DNA of 64,000 nucleotides from Candidatus Bathyarchaeota archaeon. Lineage in GTDB: Archaea; Thermoproteota; Bathyarchaeia; Bathyarchaeales; Bathycorpusculaceae. A model generated the notes under the pieces. The model worked only from the letters and a program-made list of their open reading frames with translations, ran no database searches and was not told the origin of the DNA. The position numbers and the translations under genes are program-made. This document shows positions 60,242 to 64,000 of this stretch, one piece after another (the first letter of the stretch is position 1; each line of letters starts with the position of its first letter). Where the stretch lies: contig CAWHVC010000004.1 in NCBI GenBank assembly GCA_963832745.1, positions 203,604 through 267,603 of the forward strand. The letters run 5' to 3'.

Positions 60242-60318
60242 TGGAGCCTCGAGCGGGCTTTGCTCCCGCGGCCTGCTGCTTACGAGGCAGCCGCTCTGCT
60301 GGGCTGAGCTATCGAGGC
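60242..60318 (-). tRNA. tRNA-Thr(CGU), CCA encoded, non-canonical D/T loops
   Basis: Acceptor GCCTCGA/TCGAGGC, anticodon arm GCTGC-CTCGTAA-GCAGC, T arm GCGGG-AGCAAAG-CCCGC. Confidence 0.88.
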
Positions 60319-60448
60319 ACAAACCCGTCAATACTGAGGATAATGCAGTATCCTTAAGGGTTTTTAAATGTTAGTTTGCGCCCTCTTGGGTTTTTGAGGC
60401 GTGTTTATCTGTTTGAATGCCCTTTTTTGCTTAAAGAAGGCTCACTTT

Positions 60449-61450
60449 ATGGTTACGTCTGAAGGTTTGGGTGAACATGAAATCATTAACCTGCTCCGCC
60501 AACGCTTAACACTCATGCCAAACATGTCTGTCCCATTCGGAGATGACGTTTCAGCTGTTCCAATTGGTAACGGCGAAGTAGCGGTTCTAAAAACCGACAT
60601 GCTGGTAGCCAAAACCGACGTGCCTGCCAAAATGAGCCTGTATTTAGCAGCACGAAAAGCCATAGTGATGAATGTGAGCGATTTTGCCTCAAAAGGCGTA
60701 CAACCCACAGCTGCTCTTGCTGCACTTGGCTTACCCAAACACTTGGCCACCCAAAAAACGGTCGCGGAAATCGCTGACGGCTTAAACAGGGGTGCAAGAG
60801 AATACGGAGCATACATTGTCGGGGGCGACACAGGCGAAGCAGACGACTTGATCATTTCAATTTCCATGTATGGCAAGACTAAACCGGAAAATTTGATGCT
60901 GCGTAACGGTGCAAAAGCTGGCGATATTTTGGCAGTTACAGGTATGTTTGGTAAATCCTCGGCTGGGCTGCAGCTTTTGCTTAACGGGGAATACACGGTG
61001 TCTGAAGGGGTGCGCTCAGTACTGGAGAATGCAGTTTTTAACCCTAACGCGCGACTGAAGGAGGGTTTAGCACTTGCAGAATCCAGCTGTATTTCCGCTT
61101 CAATGGATAGCAGTGACGGGTTAGCCTGGAGTTTGCATGAACTGATGCAAATGAGTGGAGTAGGTTTTGCTGTTGAAACAATTCCGTTAGCTTCTGAAAC
61201 AATAGAGTTCGCAGAACAAAACGGTTTAGATGCAGAAGCATTGGCTTTGTATGGTGGCGAAGAATACGAGCTTGTTTTAACTGTTAACCCTCAAAAATGG
61301 GCAGAAGCAAAAGCAGCTGTTGAAACTGTAGGCGGCAATTTAACGGTTATAGGTAGGGCAACAGTGGAAAATCAGTTAACCCTACTGGTGGACGGCAAAA
61401 AACGGCGTATTGAACCCTGTGGGTACGAGCATTTTAAGACTCAGTTTTAG
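60449..61450 (+). CDS. thiL: thiamine-monophosphate kinase
   Basis: GDD, KTDML, NVSDFASKG, GGDT, MDSSDGL, GGEEYEL. Confidence 0.92.
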   Translation: MVTSEGLGEHEIINLLRQRLTLMPNMSVPFGDDVSAVPIGNGEVAVLKTDMLVAKTDVPAKMSLYLAARKAIVMNVSDFASKGVQPTAALAALGLPKHLATQKTVAEIADGLNRGAREYGAYIVGGDTGEADDLIISISMYGKTKPENLMLRNGAKAGDILAVTGMFGKSSAGLQLLLNGEYTVSEGVRSVLENAVFNPNARLKEGLALAESSCISASMDSSDGLAWSLHELMQMSGVGFAVETIPLASETIEFAEQNGLDAEALALYGGEEYELVLTVNPQKWAEAKAAVETVGGNLTVIGRATVENQLTLLVDGKKRRIEPCGYEHFKTQF

Positions 61451-62009
61451 CCTTCTGGTCCAATGTGTAATTGATGATTGTTATGCATGAAGCAGCCAAA
61501 TAAGGCGTTTTGCCAAGGCTAATTTTTTCGCCGAAACGTAACGCGAAAGCCTCAGTTTTCTTAGGCATTCCAACATGGTCACCTAAAACGAATAATGGAT
61601 TTTCCCCAATCTCGACGTCTTTTAGGTATTTTCCCCCCTCTTCAAGCACGTAAATACTGCGGTTTCCAGCTGCAGCCTTCGATTTTAATAGTGCTTCAAA
61701 ACTGGTTTTATCCTTGCTTATTCCAGGATGTTGCTTGCCCGCAAGCGTCTTTTTAAGAATGCCCTGCCAGGTTTCCATGTCAGTGCGTACATCGTAGAGG
61801 GTTTCGCCGTCAATTTGGATGTGGATTGGCGGTTTCGGGGGGCCGTTTAAGATTGCATGAAATGTAACGTCTCTGCGTAGGCCATGCGATAGAAAGAGGC
61901 TGCTTACGATGCATTCATGTGCGATATCTAGTCTTCCTGCATCATGTAGACTGTTGAAGTTTGGGTCAGTTTGGCCGATGCGTGAGAATAATATGAATTC
62001 ACGAGTCAT
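61434..62009 (-). CDS. trmY: tRNA (pseudouridine54-N1)-methyltransferase, SPOUT DUF358
   Basis: AGRLD...SLFLSHGLRRDV, LEEGG, FVLGDHVG, ISLG. Confidence 0.88.
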   Translation of the reverse strand: MTREFILFSRIGQTDPNFNSLHDAGRLDIAHECIVSSLFLSHGLRRDVTFHAILNGPPKPPIHIQIDGETLYDVRTDMETWQGILKKTLAGKQHPGISKDKTSFEALLKSKAAAGNRSIYVLEEGGKYLKDVEIGENPLFVLGDHVGMPKKTEAFALRFGEKISLGKTPYLAASCITIINYTLDQKAKTES

Positions 62010-62150
62010 TAATGTTTCACTGTTAGAGGTAAATTGGGTGAGCAGGTTTTAAGAGGTTTCGAAAAAGTTTGGCTCTTTATTTCTTTTTACCGCAAAATTG
62101 AAAAACCCTGATGTCCATAGTGAAAAGAAAACTATTAGTGGCAGTGGTTA

Positions 62151-62399
62151 ATGGTGAAACTAAATAAAACTGACGAAGCAGTTGTTAAAACGTTAAAAGC
62201 TGAAGGTAAAGAAGGGTTAAGTCTCCAAGAAATAACTGATAAATCTGGCCAGCCATCCAAAAAAGTGTTCAAATCGTTAAAGAAGCTTTTCGAGCACGAA
62301 ATGGTGGATACTCAAGCACGTAAATACAAGCTGCTTAGAGATACGCCGCCATCGGGCAAAGACGCAAAAGCTGAAACAGCCGCGGACGAAGAAGAATAA
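62151..62399 (+). CDS. small winged-HTH protein
   Basis: LSLQEITDKSG..KKVFKSLKKL..V..RKYKL. Confidence 0.65.
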   Translation: MVKLNKTDEAVVKTLKAEGKEGLSLQEITDKSGQPSKKVFKSLKKLFEHEMVDTQARKYKLLRDTPPSGKDAKAETAADEEE

Positions 62400-62417
62400 A
62401 AAATTAAATTTTTTGAG

Positions 62418-62491
62418 AGCCTCGAGCGGGCCTTGATCCCGCGGCCTGCTGCTTACAAGGCAGCCGCTCTACCGGGCTGAGCTATCGAGGC
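62418..62491 (-). tRNA. tRNA-Thr(UGU), CCA not encoded, non-canonical T-loop
   Basis: Same stems as the CGU copy; anticodon loop CTTGTAA; T arm GCGGG-ATCAAGG-CCCGC. Confidence 0.9.
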
Positions 62492-63382
62492 AATGCAAAT
62501 CATTTTTACACCAACACATAAAAACTTACCCAAATAAAGTTACTGCTGACAACAGCTGATTTTCTCCCTTAGGCGTGTTAAATGTTGCTATTTTCAGGTT
62601 TTTTCTGCGCTTTGTGACTTGAAGTTAGTTCTTTTTCGTGGATTCTTCGGTTTGTTGTTACTTCGTGTGTTTTTGAGTGGTCTTTTATGTTCAGTAATTT
62701 TTAAATCTAAAACCTGTTGGGGGGCGTCTGATATTTGCTTTTTTTGCAAATTGTGGTGAAGACAAAAAATGCGGTGGGTGCAATAGAAATCGCATATTGC
62801 TTCATTTTTTTGAGGCTCGCGCATTTTTACGATGTTTTTCTCGAAAAAAATCAGAAAAAAAGCGTTGGCATATCTATTGCACCACAAAAAAAACTGTGCT
62901 GAAATAAAAAAATGCGTAAAAATGGTTTTTCAGACGGGCATTTAATTCTTATGCGTAATCCTTTTATCCATTGTTTCATTCGTTATATAATTCAGCGAGA
63001 GCGACTTTCCATTGAAAACGATGCAAACCATCAGTTAGTGATGGTCATCAAAGCTTTGGAGGGCATAAAGTGTTTCGTCAAGAAACATCAATATCTGAAA
63101 CGATACCCTTATATTGCAGATAGTCGCTTCTAATGCAATTCAGCAATTATGGGCGAACCATAAAATAGCGAATCAATAGATGCAACTCCCCACCTAATAC
63201 GTGTGGAGTGAAGGGTGTGACAAGAGCCCACAGATGTCGAAATGTGCACGCTCACAATGACACCATGCATAGGCAACAATTAACGACGCGCAACACAACA
63301 ATGTATACAATAAGTAGTAAACGTATGTGGAGAAAACAATAGGTTTTCACCAAACGCCAAACGAACACTACCATTGGCCTGA

Positions 63383-64000
63383 ACATGTTACGCTGTCTGG
63401 AGGATGGCTCGGCTTGAGAGCCGAAGAAGGGCGCGGCAAGCCGCGATACCGCCTCGGGTAAGCGCAAGCAGCTTTAGAACCGAGGATACCTGAATGGGAC
63501 TTCCTAGTAATGTTCCTTTACGGAACGGGAACTCCCCGAACGGAAGCATCTTAGTAGGGGAAGGAAAAGAAACCAACATGGGATTCCCTTAGTAGCAGCG
63601 AGCGAAATGGGAATAGTCCAAACCGAATCCCGCAGGGAAACTTGTGGGAGATGTAGAGTTAAGGGCCCGGATTCTTCTTCCCTGACGAAGTTGAAATGGT
63701 CTGAAAAGACCTGCCACAGAGGGTGATAGCCCCGTAAACGCAAGTCAGAATGAATTATGTCCGGAGTCCCAGACTACTGTACCCTGGCATGGGTGCAGAA
63801 AGTTGGGAGTCACCAACTTCCAAGACTAAATACGCCTCAAGACCGATAGCGCACTAGTACGGTGACGGAAAACTGAAAAGTACCCCGGAATGGGGGTGAA
63901 AAGTGCCTGAAACCAGACAGTAACAGACGTGTGTGGCCCGGAAGAGTAGATCCTTTCTAAAGGAAACCATTGTGAAGTGGCTGTACGAGGAAAGGGGATC
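63383..64000 (+). rRNA. rrl: 23S rRNA, 5' part (runs off the window; 5' end approximate)
   Basis: GGATGGCTCGGCTTGAG..CCGAAGAAGGGCG, GGAAGCATCTTAGTA, AGTAGCAGCGAGCGAA, GACCGATAGCG..CTAGTAC, helix 2 pairing CTGTCTGG/CCAGACAG. Confidence 0.96.

Noticed and set aside
60242-62491. Near-identical tRNA copies as attL/attR of an integrated element
   Set aside because: Both are full-length with different anticodons; the cargo is housekeeping (thiL, trmY); no integrase
62594-63743. Track ORFs in the rRNA leader and antisense to the 23S
   Set aside because: Spurious; no protein motifs, and several overlap the rRNA
1-64000. CRISPR array, transposase, integrase, prophage; many short antisense or nested ORFs in the track
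   Set aside because: No repeat-spacer array or mobility gene recognised; nested ORFs are shadows of well-supported genes

Overview
Archaeal chromosomal window, most consistent with Bathyarchaeia (inference from the archaeal 23S rRNA, Alba, aIF-1A, aRF1-like, TrmY, HdrBC, frequent TTG starts and a large secreted PQQ-like beta-propeller protein). It holds about 70 CDS, three tRNA genes (Pro-UGG, Thr-CGU, Thr-UGU) and the 5' ~620 nt of a 23S rRNA gene with no 16S upstream. I see no CRISPR array, integrase or transposase. Highlights: (1) a cbb3-type (C-family) heme-copper oxygen reductase operon with a rearranged architecture (CcoN, CcoO fused to two extra cytochrome c domains, CcoS, and a stand-alone CcoQ/CcoP-N-terminal membrane protein); (2) paralogs of core information-processing proteins with altered key motifs: a CysRS/MshC-like ligase, an aRF1 with GGQ but no stop-codon motifs, an MCM-like protein without Walker A, and a LysW-like carrier with an altered C-terminus; (3) two tRNA-Thr genes with non-canonical T-loops, one with a matching D-loop change, flanking trmY; (4) a dispersed intergenic repeat, DtxR operators and two candidate structured RNAs. 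Four single-base indels break three genes and may be assembly errors. All homology calls come from recognising motifs by eye, not from database searches.
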